A DNA stretch of 64,000 nt, from assembly GCA_036867785.1 (NCBI GenBank), contig CP145428.1:248001-312000 (forward strand), read 5' to 3'. Numbering within the stretch: the stretch's first letter is position 1; the number at the start of each line of letters is the position of its first letter. Positions 10,681 through 22,184 of this stretch are shown here, piece after piece. The DNA is from Plasmodiophora brassicae. Lineage: Eukaryota. The notes beneath the pieces are model-generated. The model saw nothing but the letters and a program-made list of their open reading frames with translations. It was not told the DNA's origin and ran no database searches. The position numbers and the translations under genes are program-made.

Positions 10681-11269
10681 ACTCCGTTTCATCTGAAGAG
10701 TCCGATCCCACGGCGTTTTTCGTTCCAACAGAAGAGTCCGATTCATGCATTCATGCCGACACTAACGGTTTTGGCGCTCGAACGACGTCACTTTGGTAGC
10801 TAGAGCCTTCTATGCATTCCTATGAGAGATAGGGTCCTCCCACATGGCCTTGCTGATCTTTCGCTTGGCATTGCGGAGCGCAGATGTGTCGCAGTGGATA
10901 GCGATCGAAAGTATATTGTGTCGTCGCAGGTGCGTTTTGTACATGTGGGGAGGTTTGAAGCCGTTCCCACCCCCATTGACCATGCACGCTTCCATAGGGC
11001 GCTTCTTGCCTAACTTGCCGGCGACCACGTCGTCAGGTGGCGAGCAGATCGATTTCGGCCAGTCGTCTCCAGGGGTGGGCTATTTTTGGATATCTAGGCG
11101 TCAACTGGCAAAAGGTATAGGTTGGAAGCGAATCCATATCATGAGACATATGTCGCCGGAATGATAAGTCTCTGGCCTAGTGGTAGACAGAGTTCTATAG
11201 AGGTACGCCTCTTTACGACGTTAATCGTGGAGTACAATGCACGATCGGACTCTTCAGATGAAACGGAGT
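10681..11269 (-). mobile_element. Internally deleted Tc1/mariner element (plant/DD39D mariner-like) with 27-bp TIRs and a transposase C-terminal remnant
   Basis: Perfect inverted repeat ACTCCGTTTCATCTGAAGAGTCCGATC (10681-10707) / GATCGGACTCTTCAGATGAAACGGAGT (11243-11269), with the right end reading ...GGAG|TA. Internal ORF 10810-11028 (GGGNGFKPPHMYKTHLRRHNIL...CD) resembles the C-terminus of mariner DD39D transposases. Confidence 0.8.
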
Positions 11270-11276
11270 AGTATTC

Positions 11277-12602
11277 TTAGTTATAATCGGGGCCATACGT
11301 GTATTCCCAAGGGCTCCCCCTGTCGTACGGTTCGTCGTCCTGGTCGGCGGCGGGCGGGTTGTCGGGTTTGCGGTCGCCGGACCCGTCGGCGTAGCCTTCG
11401 GCGGTCCACCCGAGCCGTTTCAGGACGTCGACGTGGGTGCCCTGGTCAATGTCGTGAAGGATGCGGTACCGATTCAGCATGTTGCGTTCGTGCGCGGTGA
11501 TGAACTGCTTCTCGAGGACGCGCTCCAGCAGCATGGCGTACTGCTTTTCGCATTTCCAGTGCAGGCTCTTGCCGACCAGGATCTCCGAGTCGTCCTTGGA
11601 CGTCAGCTTGCGAACGATGTCGGCGGAAATGGCGCTCTGGACGGCGCGTGCGATGGCGTCGTTGGACTCCAGCAGGTCAATCAGGACGCCACGCGGCCAC
11701 GACATGCACGTCGTCTCGGTCAGCGCTGTCACCGTCGCCGACGCCTTCATCGCGTTCGACAGGCGCAGGCCCACGTGGATGCCCATCTCGCCGATGAACT
11801 GCCCCGCGTGCAACTCGTAGACCTTCGTCCCTCGGATCACGACCTCCGCCTTCCCATCTGCGGAACAGGCCGTTGTCAGAGCGAATGCATGTCCCCGGAT
11901 CCGGTCATGTGGTTCGGGGCGACCGACCGACGACTAACAGCACCTATTGAGGGCAAACGTTAACACACAGCGCGGCGCCAGATGGCACAGGTCGGCGTAC
12001 ATTCGGGTTGAACGCCCCCTCGTAGCATAAATGGGCGCCTTCCGAGACCTGGATCACGTTCGCGACGCTGACGAGTTTCCAGAAATCGACCAGCGACAAC
12101 CCGGCCTGCCGGACATGAACGTCATTCAGGGAGGGCGCCGCCGCGCGTGCCGCACCGGTTGGAACACTTGCTCGAAGACGGCCAGCTGCTGAGACGACAT
12201 GGACCTAGCGCGCCTCGCCTCGGTCAGCAGGTGCACGATCTGGATGCCGTTCGTGATGATGAAGAGCAGGTTCCACCGGAACGGCATCCAGAGCGGTATC
12301 CCGTGCGGGTGCCAGTAGTTGAACGCCAGCGTGCAGACGCCGGCGGCCACGGCCATGAGGCGCAGGTCGAGAATATCGGTGAACCCGTACGACGCCGCCA
12401 GCAGCACGAAACTCAGATGCCCGAACACGGTCGCCACGCTGTACTCGACGGGGCGCGCCCTCAGCGTCACCGCCCGCCGCCGCATCATGAACTCGCTGAT
12501 CCGCGACACCGACCCACCCACCGGACGCGTGCCCGCCCATCGCTGCCGCGCCGGCGGCACCGCCCGGCGCGCCACCAACCACAGGACCCGCGTTCTCAGC
12601 AT
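11277..12602 (-). CDS. Popeye-family membrane protein with a cyclic-nucleotide-binding domain (multi-exon)
   Basis: TM block GHLSFVLLAASY..TDILDLRL...WNLLFIITNGIQIVHLL, then a cNMP fold (LHAGQFIGEM...ASATVTALTETTCMSW). Arg-rich N-terminus from ATG 12600-12602. Confidence 0.75.
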
Positions 12603-13027
12603 CCTCGACCGCCCGTTGACAACTGCCACGCCGGACAGTAATGAGGAGCGAGCGCGCGCGGACGCAACCCCCCAACGGCAACGTCGTCGCGTCCCCAAAA
12701 CATCGCGCCCCCGTCGTGTAGGTAGTTCGCAAAAACGTTGACTGCACCTCAGTTGACGGGCCGCTACACCCGGACAGGTCAGTTGGGGCCTGAGACAACA
12801 GCACGGGACGCACACCTGGTGTGGACTACGCATACACGGCGACCTCGCGGCGCACAGCGCATCCCCGTGCGAACGCCGCTTGGTGTGAGGAGACGGGGAC
12901 GGCCACGGCGGCGATCGTTATATTTTGTGCGATGACCCGGAGAGCGTGGACGCTCGGCGCGCCGCTGATCATGTCGTCGTTCACGGTGCGTGCCGACTGC
13001 GCGGTCGACTCCGCGCGCCGCTCAACA

Positions 13028-13950
13028 ATGTCTGTGCAGGTTGCGGCTGCGGAATCGCTGGCGGCTGTGTCGCCGGTCGCGACGCTCCAGGCGGTGGTGG
13101 CGTCGTTCTCCATGGTCGTGTCGTCCGAGGTCGGCGATAAGACGTTCTTCATCGCCGCGATCCTGTCCATGCGTCACGGCCGGCAGGTCGTGTTCGCCGG
13201 CGCCATTGCCGCCCTGATTGTCATGACGGTCCTGTCTGCAGCCGTGGTGCGTTTGCGCCCGATTGCAATGCGCGTTCGGTGGGGTCTCCCTGACGCCCCC
13301 GCTCAGGGTTCGGCGCTCCCCGCCATTCTCCCGAAAGTGTACACGCATTATGGGGCGGTCCTGCTGTTCGCCGGGTTCGGCGTCAAGCTGCTGAAGGATG
13401 CCCTGGAGATGGACCCGAACGAGGCCAGCAATGAGCTGGAGCAGACCGAGGCCGAGCTCGTCGACTCGAAGCGCAGCGAGTACGAGGGCGAGTCCGACAT
13501 CGAGATGGCCGATGCCGACGCCGACGTCGAGAAAGGGAACCCGAGACGCGCAGGCCCGCGAATGTTCGCCGCCGTGTTCAAGTCGGAGGCGTTCATCCAG
13601 GCGTTCACCATGACGTCCGCTGTCTGTGTTCCCTCGGGTCGCTGCGGCGCTGACGTGTCCCGGCGTAGGTTTCTGGCGGAATGGGGCGACCGGTCGCAGA
13701 TTGCCACGATCGTGATGGCGGCGGATTCGGACCCAACCGGGGTCGTCATGGGCGGCATCGTCGGGCACGCCTTGTGCACGCTGGTCGCCGTGGTCGGAGG
13801 TCGGTCGCTCCTTGTTGCAGCGGCAGCGGCCCAGTGCTGATTGGGAGAGCAGGGAAGCTGCTGGCGCAGCGCATCTCGGAACGAACCGTCCATCTCGTCG
13901 GCGGCGTCCTCTTCCTCTGCTTCGCCGTGCATTCCGTCGTCTCCGGATAG
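13028..13950 (+). CDS. TMEM165: GDT1/TMEM165 (UPF0016) Ca2+/Mn2+ transporter (multi-exon)
   Basis: Two copies of the E-x-G-D-(K/R)-(S/T) motif (EVGDKTF and EWGDRSQ), an acidic central loop, and GHALCTLVAVVGG. Confidence 0.92.
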
Positions 13951-14200
13951 CCATACAGCACAATTGGACATTCCCTGCTGTCCGCCCGCCGACCCACCAG
14001 AGCGTGCTTACCGACAGGAGGACTTTGGGGCAGGCGTCAGATTGGAACCCGATCGGTGGCTCTGAGTGCCCGATGTTGCTACTGAGATCACCGCCTGCGA
14101 CCGCGTTCCAGCAGCAGCAGCAGCAGCAGGTTTCTTCGCGATATCAAAGCGTGCACCGTTGCGTCGCATGTAGGTTTCCGTGTGTACAATATCCTGGACG

Positions 14201-16030
14201 TCATTGTACGCGGGCGGGGAACGCTCCGGACTGGATCAGGCGCAGAGCGGTTTCAGGATTGCCAGCGCCAGCGACCAGGGCGTGGTACGCCGATTCCGGG
14301 TCGCAGCGGCTGTGCTGCGCGAGTTGCACGACCATGAGCTGGGACGGCGGTAACGGCGCCTTGGATCGGTCCTCGGCAGCGATGGACACGTGCAGGTGGT
14401 CGTTCGCGATCAACCAGCCGCCGGGCGTCAACGTCATCGTCAGGACACGGGTGAAGTCGCGCGTCGATGACGACGAACCCGCGGTCTCTTGGAACTGGCC
14501 GTTAACGATGATCACGAGGACTTGTTCCGACAAGGCCGTCACATCGGCGATGAACTGCGGCGCGACGTTGTCAGGCTGGGAATCGACAGGTAACGATCAC
14601 GTACGGTTGACAGCATGTAGTGCATTGTGGGAAGCGCTTTCAAGGCCGCGGCGACGTCGACCTTGCCGCGTTTCAGGGCTTGCTGTCGAGCACCCCAGCC
14701 GGACAGTTTGGCCAGGTTCCTGCTGGGCGTGTACCTGCTGCGAAGGCCCACATCGTCGACGGTCAGCGAGAAGTGGGCACCGTCGGCGTAGAACTGGTAC
14801 AAGGCATCGCCATGGCTCTCAAAGAACTTGACAATAATGGACCTGCAACAACGATTAGCGCGCTGCTGTCAAGGACAACGGCCACGCGAACCTGGCCAGG
14901 GGCTCAATCTGAGGCGGCTCGAACGATGACCCCATGAGGTGCGGGAGCTTGGTGACCGCCCTCTGGACACCGAACTGGATCAGTTGTTGTGCGGGAATGC
15001 CGTTGATCAGCCGCAACGACGTGAACTTCATCTTGACCAGATGCGACTGGATCGCGGCCGACATCGTCGGCAGCGGGTTGCCTGAACGGGCGGCGGCCGT
15101 GTCAGGACGCGACCAGACGAACGCGCACGATGTTCCCGTACCTGACAGCACGATTTCGCCCAGCTGACCAGCGTACCCGGATAGGAAATCGAGCTCGTCG
15201 ACAGACTCTGTGTGGACGCGGGGTCAGACATGCGGACGCCAGCGCAGACAGCACAGCGTACCGAGCTTGTTGTCGGCCAGCGACAGGTTGACCAGCATTG
15301 GGGCCGCGTCGAACAGACCGTCAAAGGCGGCCAGCGACCGGATGCTGTTCCCGTCCAGGCGCACCGAGGTGACCTGCCGGCAATTGCCGGCAATGATCTC
15401 GCAGATGGCGTCGACGAAGCCCTTGTCGTTGAAGTCGGCCTCGGGGATGTGCGGCGTCAGCGCCTGCAACGCGCCACCCAGGTCGAGCATGGCGGCCGGG
15501 TGATGCTGGAACTTGCTGCCGACGTACTGCAACAGGGTCTGCTGCTGCGGTGGCGTTACCCTGATGTTCGGCCGCAGCGTCGCCACCAGCCGCAACCCGC
15601 CCAGCGCCAGGTCCCGCTGCCGGAGAATGTCGGACGCATCAGCGATGCTGTCGAACGTCCTGATGAAACGCGCACTTGGCACTGAGCAGCGGGTTACGCA
15701 GGTGGACGACGACACACGTACAGGATGACCGAATGGTCCGACACGATCTCGCTGGACACCCATCGAATCGCTCGTTTCGTGCGGCTGCTAAGCATCTTGC
15801 CCAGATCGCCCAGGAACGGACGCTCACGAAACCCAGATATCTACAAGACGGATCGAAGCGAACCACAACGTGACTGGATGCAACAACCAAGGCCGGGAGA
15901 GGTGACGAACGCACCACGATCGATGTTTTCCGTCTGCGCAAACGTTCCAGGTCAGCTACCTACCGGTGGTACGGGACGTCGTCCAGCGCGCGTCCTTACG
16001 TCGGCTTCGGCGACGGCCCGCGCCCGCCAT
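14201..16030 (-). CDS. NXF1: mRNA export factor NXF1/Mex67 (LRR + NTF2-like + UBA/TAP-C; multi-exon)
   Basis: LRRs VRLDGNSIRSL and LSLADNKL; NTF2-like segment YADGAHFSLTV...SRNL...LKRGKVDVAAALKALP...RDFTRVLTM...IANDHL; C-terminal UBA-like helices. Start is approximate. Confidence 0.8.
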
Positions 16031-16299
16031 GATGCCCACGGCCGCGTCCGCCGCGCCGCGACCACGACGACGACATTCGCCACACACCGCCCACGCAATT
16101 ATCGGCGTGGCGTGCAGCTCCCCAGTGGGCGGCTGCACTGCGACGCTACGTGCAGCTCCGCTGGTCCCGCTGTAGCTCTCCAGTGGGGCGCAGTCGAACT
16201 GCAGCGCTCCATTGGCAACTGCACAGGCCGCCACTGCCACTCTAACGGCGCAGCTCACGGGTCCGGTGGTCATTCGCCAGCGACGACGACGTTGTTTAA

Positions 16300-16830
16300 T
16301 TACAAAGCGACGATCGCCAGCGCTGCTGATATCGCCGGAAGAAGCAGGAGACAGGGCGCGCAGTGACGACGCGCGTCAGCAGTAGTGACGACGCGTGTCA
16401 CGTGTGGCACGGTACGGAGGAACGCGCGGTCGGCCTTCTGGCGACGCTCCTTGTTATCGGGGTCGGCGGCGTCTTCCGCGTCGCGCTCCTTCTGGTCCCG
16501 TTCGTAGACCTTGCCGAGCTTCTCCAGAAACGCGCGCTCGGCGTCGCTGCCTGGCCCGCGCTTGATCAGCGCCAGCATCTGGTTGCCTGGGTTGCATCGC
16601 CGATCGTACCGGGAGTTGCGGAACGCCACTTCGGCGTCCGTCCGCTTCGCCCAGCTCTTCGCCCAGCCGACCCACGACCCCGTCTCCTCGGCGTACCAGT
16701 GCTTCAGCCTGGCCAGCATCACCATGCACTCGGGCGTCGCCGTGATCTCCCCGGGATCCCCAGCGCTCGCGCTCAGCACCACCGCGAGTGCGGATACGAC
16801 AATACATAACAGCAGCTGTAGCGACCCCAT
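16300..16830 (-). CDS. Small secreted protein (about 175 aa) of unknown family, candidate effector; 3' end uncertain
   Basis: Signal peptide MGSLQLLLCIVVSALAVVLSASA, a Cys pair and a charged helical body; a hydrophobic tail if unspliced. Confidence 0.6.
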   Translation of the reverse strand: MGSLQLLLCIVVSALAVVLSASAGDPGEITATPECMVMLARLKHWYAEETGSWVGWAKSWAKRTDAEVAFRNSRYDRRCNPGNQMLALIKRGPGSDAERAFLEKLGKVYERDQKERDAEDAADPDNKERRQKADRAFLRTVPHVTRVVTTADARRHCAPCLLLLPAISAALAIVAL

Positions 16831-16987
16831 TCTCTCGCGCCGTCGTCGTTCGTGCCAACGCGCCGTTCTGATAATGACGGACGAACGCGACGGGTCAACC
16901 TGATCTGCGTGTGCATCCAAGTCGCGCGCGTATCTGCCTGACCCGGGCACACCTCCCGTCACAGCGGTGGAGCCAGCCAAGCGAACG

Positions 16988-18031
16988 ATGTCGGCGAGCA
17001 CGGTGCCGCCGCCGCCGCCGCCGCTGCTCGTCGTGTGGGATTTCGACTGGTCGCTGATCGACGAGAACACGGACACGTGGATCTTCAAGGCGCTGGCGCC
17101 CGGCCTGGTCGACGACCTGAAGCGCACCGAGCAGTTCCCGGTCTGGACCGACCGCGTCCAGGACGCTCTGCGACGGCTGTTCGCCGAGTACGGCGTGACG
17201 CGCGACACCCTGCTGGAGACCATGCAAGGCATCCCGATCCACCAGGGCATGATCGAGACGGTGAGCGAAACGGAGCGAAACGTTTCCCGCCGCTGGACCG
17301 TTTATCGACGCGATGGGCACACAGATCAAGACGTTGCACGGGGCGGGCGCTGAGCAGATCATCCTGTCCGATTCCAACACGGAATTCATCCAGTGCATCC
17401 TGGCCAAGCACGACCTGTCCAAGTACTTCCGGGCGATAATCACGAACCCGGCCGAGTTCGACGGCGAAGGTCGGTCTGGCGGCTGGACGAGGCCCCACCG
17501 ATCGCTAACGGACGAGACCCGCGCCAGGCCGCCTCCACGTTCGTCCGCATCAGGCGGCCGAGTCGCCACACTACTGCGACCTGTGCCCACCGCAGCTCTG
17601 CAAGGTGCCCACATTCGTTGTCGGGTTGCCGTTCATCGGGGCTGACATGGCGCGTGTTCTCAGGGCGGCCAACTCCAAGCGATCCTTCGTGTGCGTACGA
17701 TGGGGCCGGCGTTGCGCTACGAACTCGCGCTGACGTTGATTGGTACGACGACAGACGATGCGATCGGCGCAACGGGACCTACAATGCATCTACGTCGGCG
17801 ACGGCCGGGGCGACCTATGCCCGTGCATCGGTTTAGGGTACGTCGACGTCACCACCGCAAGGTCGTGTGCCCTGACGACGGCACAACAGGGACAGGGACG
17901 TGGTGCTGGCCCGGAAAGGGTACCCGCTGCTGGACCACCTGGCGAAGACGCGCGTCCGGGCCAGGGTCGTTCCGTGGCAGGACGGCGACGAGGCGCTGTC
18001 CGCCGTCAACGCCTTCCTACAATACATGTAG
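16988..18031 (+). CDS. PHOSPHO2: PHOSPHO1/PHOSPHO2-type HAD phosphatase (pyridoxal phosphate/phosphocholine; multi-exon)
   Basis: HAD motif I VVWDFDWSLIDENTD, then ILSDSNTEFI, IITNPAEFD, IYVGDGRGDLCP and ARKGYPL. Confidence 0.88.
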
Positions 18032-18349
18032 AGCCGACATTGTTCCGATTCGGATGGCACAGAGCGTCGTCCCGCAGCCATGGCACACGTCGTTCGAACA
18101 GCGCCCTGTCACGAAACGCCTCCCGAACCTCAGGAGCAAGGCGACAATGCCGACCATCGTGTAGCCGTCCGCCTCGGTCGTTCGACGTCGACGTCTTTCC
18201 ACCCTACAGATGGTTGCAGTATACACCTACCCGACATCGTAATGTGGTTGATCGCGTCTCGGAGCGGGTGGGCAGTGCCCAAATCGCGCGTCGAAACGCG
18301 AACCCACTCGCTCACGACTCGTCACGTTCGGCAACGAAGCGCTGTGTAA

Positions 18350-19477
18350 TTATCTGCTGAACGCGTACACTACCTTGGTCATCTGCAAGCGCACCTGAAC
18401 GGCAAGTGTCAACACAGGCGATGTTTGGGGGACCGATGGCGCCCGTTCAACGACGTGATTACCTTGACGGCGCGGCTCTGCAGCGCCAGACGATACGGCC
18501 AGGCGAACAGGAGCAGAATGGCGAGCACGCAGACGACCCTGTTCATCCAGAACGGCCTCTTGAACGTCTCGTTCGCCATCAGCATGCGCTTATGGAGCCC
18601 GGGCGTGCCGAAGTGCTCGTGGTAGTCCTGATGGACGTCGAACCGGTTCTCATTGCGGAACGCCCTGGAGAAGCGTTGGAAGGCGACCCGGGACGCCGTG
18701 TCGCCGAACAGGACCGTTTCGTGGAGACGCACCCTGACCAGGTCGAACGGCAACGCATCGGTGATCTGCGTCCCGTCGTGCTCCGACCGGAACGACGTGA
18801 TCGGGAAGAAGGTCGACGCCGAGTGGGTGTCCACTCGTACTGTGTACGTCTCCAGTCTCGACGACGTGCGCCCTTGGCTGTCGGTGTGCGTCACCGTCCG
18901 CACGCGCGTCTCGTAGTGATAGCATTGGACGGACAGGCGCAGGACGGGGGCGGTGGCGTACAGCGATTCCAGTTCCGACATGGTCGCGTACGTCCCCGTG
19001 GTGTACTTCAGGTACCTGGCAGGCGGGCGTCAGCGGCCCCGAACGGTCGACACGGCAGACGCACGAGGTGTACGATAGCACCGGGGAGCCAAACGCTTCC
19101 TTCAGGTAGACGATGTATGTGACGCCCAGGACGATGAGCGGCACGAAGAACAGCTCGTCGTCCATCAACAGCAACGCCGCGATACCCGACCCTGCGGCAC
19201 ATGCATTCGTCAGCGTCGACGCAGGCGGTTGCCGAACCCGCGAACCGATAGGCGCTAAGTTGAGCAGCAGCGCGAACAAGTACGCGCGACGCGGCTCGAT
19301 CAGATGCGATCGGGACGCGCGCTCCGTGTCGGGATCGTAGACCGGCGGCAGGTCGCCGACGTCGTCAGCGCCGTCCGCAGCAGCGCTCGCCTCCTCCTGC
19401 TGCTGTTGCGTCGCCGGCTTGCCCACATCGTCGTCGGCGTCGTCGTCGATAAAATCCAGATCGGTGCCCGCCTTCAT
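18350..19477 (-). CDS. TMEM151-like membrane protein (multi-exon)
   Basis: N-terminal TM pair, YIVYLKEAF, P...VQCYHYETR...RVDTHSAS..F, C-terminal TM LLLFAWPYR. Confidence 0.7.
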
Positions 19478-19809
19478 AACGGAAATGCAGCGACAGCTGG
19501 CCGTGCGTTCGCGCGCGTGCAACGAACGGCGGCAGACTAATCGCGCCGATCAATCCCGCCAGAAATAGCGGCCCGCGGCACTGTCGACGAAACGGGGGCT
19601 GAATCGGGGTGCAGTTTCGACCCTGACGCAGGTCCCGTCCCACTAAAAGGGGGGCGCGCGCGAGCCCACATGTGCCTAATGGCAGACCCTGCACAGGCGC
19701 GGCGCGGGCATACACCGATTAAGGGGGCGGTGCGCGCGCGTGTACCAAACGAAATCCGGGATATCTGGCGGTTCGCGCCCCGGCCGGTCGTCCATATCGT
19801 TCCTCGGCG

Positions 19810-21854
19810 ATGAGCGCGAACGATGCCAGCCCGGCCCAGCTCGCCCAGTTCCGCGACCTGCTCGTCAACGGGTGCGGGCGCGCGATCGCACACGCGGCTG
19901 CGTACGCCCCCATCTGACGTCTTGCCGTCTCTCTGCGCAGCGCCGAGTTCGACCTGGCCTCGGCGGACGGCAAGGCGCCGAAGCGTCGCTGGGTGTGGCT
20001 GAACAAGTCGCTGGACACGATCTGCTGGGGCGACTCCCGGAAAGCCTGGCGCTACAAGGAAGCCCCGTTGCGGGATGCGCTCCAGGTCGATGACACCCAC
20101 CTGGAACGATCCAGTTAGCCCCACTTCTGATCGCGTCCTATCTGCATAGATCGACGAGGTCGACTCTGGGGACGCCCATGAATTGCGTCTGGGGCTGGAC
20201 GACGGTCGGCAGATGGCGCTAACGTCGCCATCATATCGTCAGCGCAACGAGTTCGCCAACGCGTTACGCCGCCGGGACCTGCTTCGGGACCTGCCGCAGA
20301 CGAGCTCGCCGTTCAACGTCCAGCACCTCAGCCATGTCGACGTCAACTTGGAGTGGACCGGCGACCTGAGCAAGATGTTCGACCTGGAGACGAAGCTCGG
20401 CCAGGGGTCGTTCGGCAGCGTGTACCGCGCCCGGCACAAGGATTCCGGGGTCGTCATGGCCGTGAAACTCGTCGTCTCGGACAACATGGAGGAGATCCGC
20501 AAGGAGATCGACATCCTGAAACAATGCAAGCACACCGACATCGTCAGCTACTACGGGTGCGGGTCCGGCCTGGACGCGGAAGGCCAGCTGTGGATCCTGA
20601 TGGACTACTGCGACGCTCGCGACGTCGGCGTCGTCCTGGATTCCTACGGGCCGCTCCCGGAGGACGTCATCCAGTACATCATGCTGCACAGCGTCCGGGC
20701 AACCGTCTACCTGCACGCCAAACGCATCATCCATCGAGACATCAAAAGGTCGGTCGGCGCGTCCAGCGGACAGCCGGCCTGGGCCTGACGCGGGTTCCAG
20801 CGGGAACATCCTACTGACATCCGACGCGAGCGTGAAACTCGGCGACTTTGGCGTGTCGAAGCAGGCGGCAACGATAACGTCGGACAAGCCGGAGATGGCC
20901 GGCTCGCCGTTGTGGATGGCCCCGGAGGTCGTCAAAGGCAGGCCCGCCGCATTCAGCTCCGATGTCTGGTGGGTTCCTCTCCGATGTTCGGGTGCGGACC
21001 CGACAGCTGACGCCCCCTGTAAGGTCGCTGGGCATCACCGCCATTGAACTGGCCGACGGGAAGCCGCCCCGCGCGAACCTGACCGCCTATCAGGCGATGA
21101 AGGCGATCGCAAAGGACCCGCCGCCGACGCTGTCGTCCCCGTCGAAGTGGTCCGAGCCGTTCAGACAGTTTGTGCAGTACTGCCTGGTGCCAGACCCAGG
21201 GCAAGGAATTCGCCGCGCGTCCCACGTCTAACACGTTGCCCTGACGTGCCGGGCGGTTGCAGAGCGAGGCCGAGCGCAGTGGACCTGTTGATGCACCCGT
21301 TCCTGTCGCAGACGATAAAGGAGGACAAAGTGAAGCAGCGGTTAAAGTCGATCATCGCGAAGAAAGCGAGACGGGCGTCGTCGCTTGGTTCCCGCCTCAA
21401 GGATATAACGGATAAGGCCCAGAAGTAACCGCCACCGCGTAGCGTGTGTGTATGTGTCCTGTACTGATTCGTTCGCAGGGCCATGTCGAGGTCGCCGTCG
21501 GGCAGTGCATCGCCACGCGAACAGGACGACCTGATCATCGAGGCCGCCGACGGCGATGACAACGCGTACGGGACGGCGATCATTCGCGAGTTCGACGACG
21601 ACGACGCCGTGGACCCGGCGATGGGCACGGCCCTGCTGGACAACGCGCGCGCTGATGCCACAGCCGTCATTCGTCAGGATGCCGAACCGGACCCGACCAC
21701 CACCGACTCTACCGGCCAGCTCGTCATCGTCAAACCACAACGGAAGGCAGGTGCGTCACCGATGCCCGTCATCGCCATCGCCGTTGCCGTCGGCATCCTC
21801 GTCGTTGCCCTCGCCCTGCGCTTCATATTGCGGTCGTCGTCGTCGTCGACATAA
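19810..21854 (+). CDS. STE20-family Ser/Thr kinase with N-terminal PH-like and CRIB motifs and a C-terminal transmembrane helix (multi-exon)
   Basis: Kinase motifs LGQGSFGSV, AVK, HRDIK|SGNIL, DFG and GSPLWMAPE. CRIB-like SSPFNVQHLSHV. The last exon joins in frame and ends VIAIAVAVGILVVALALRFIL. Confidence 0.85.
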
Positions 21855-22184
21855 ACGCCGAATCGGTTGACGCATCCAGGGCGGTTTCTGGACGCGACGC
21901 CCATCCCGGCAGACTGCTGGTCACGAACGGCAACGTGGCCGGGCAGGCGGCGCCCGATTCGGCGAGCAGAACACGCCCACGGGCAAGATGGTGACGGGGC
22001 CGGCCGAGCGTTTCGACGCGCGGCTGCCGCCTGGCGTGGTGGTGCGCTCGGCCGATCAAGGGCATGTTCTGATAGGCGACGCCCGTCCCGAAGATATTAA
22101 CCTGAGTGCACTCGGCCGTACAGTAACCGGTCGTCCGGTACGCGTACACGTTCCCACTTGTTACCCCGGGTCACTGTTGCCACT

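Noticed and set aside
10526-10750. 74-aa Cys-rich ORF (metallothionein-like)
   Set aside because: It starts inside the mariner element, crosses its TIR and runs through the MED7 promoter; probably a chance ORF.
14109-14129. (CAG)7 tract
   Set aside because: An ordinary microsatellite between convergent genes.
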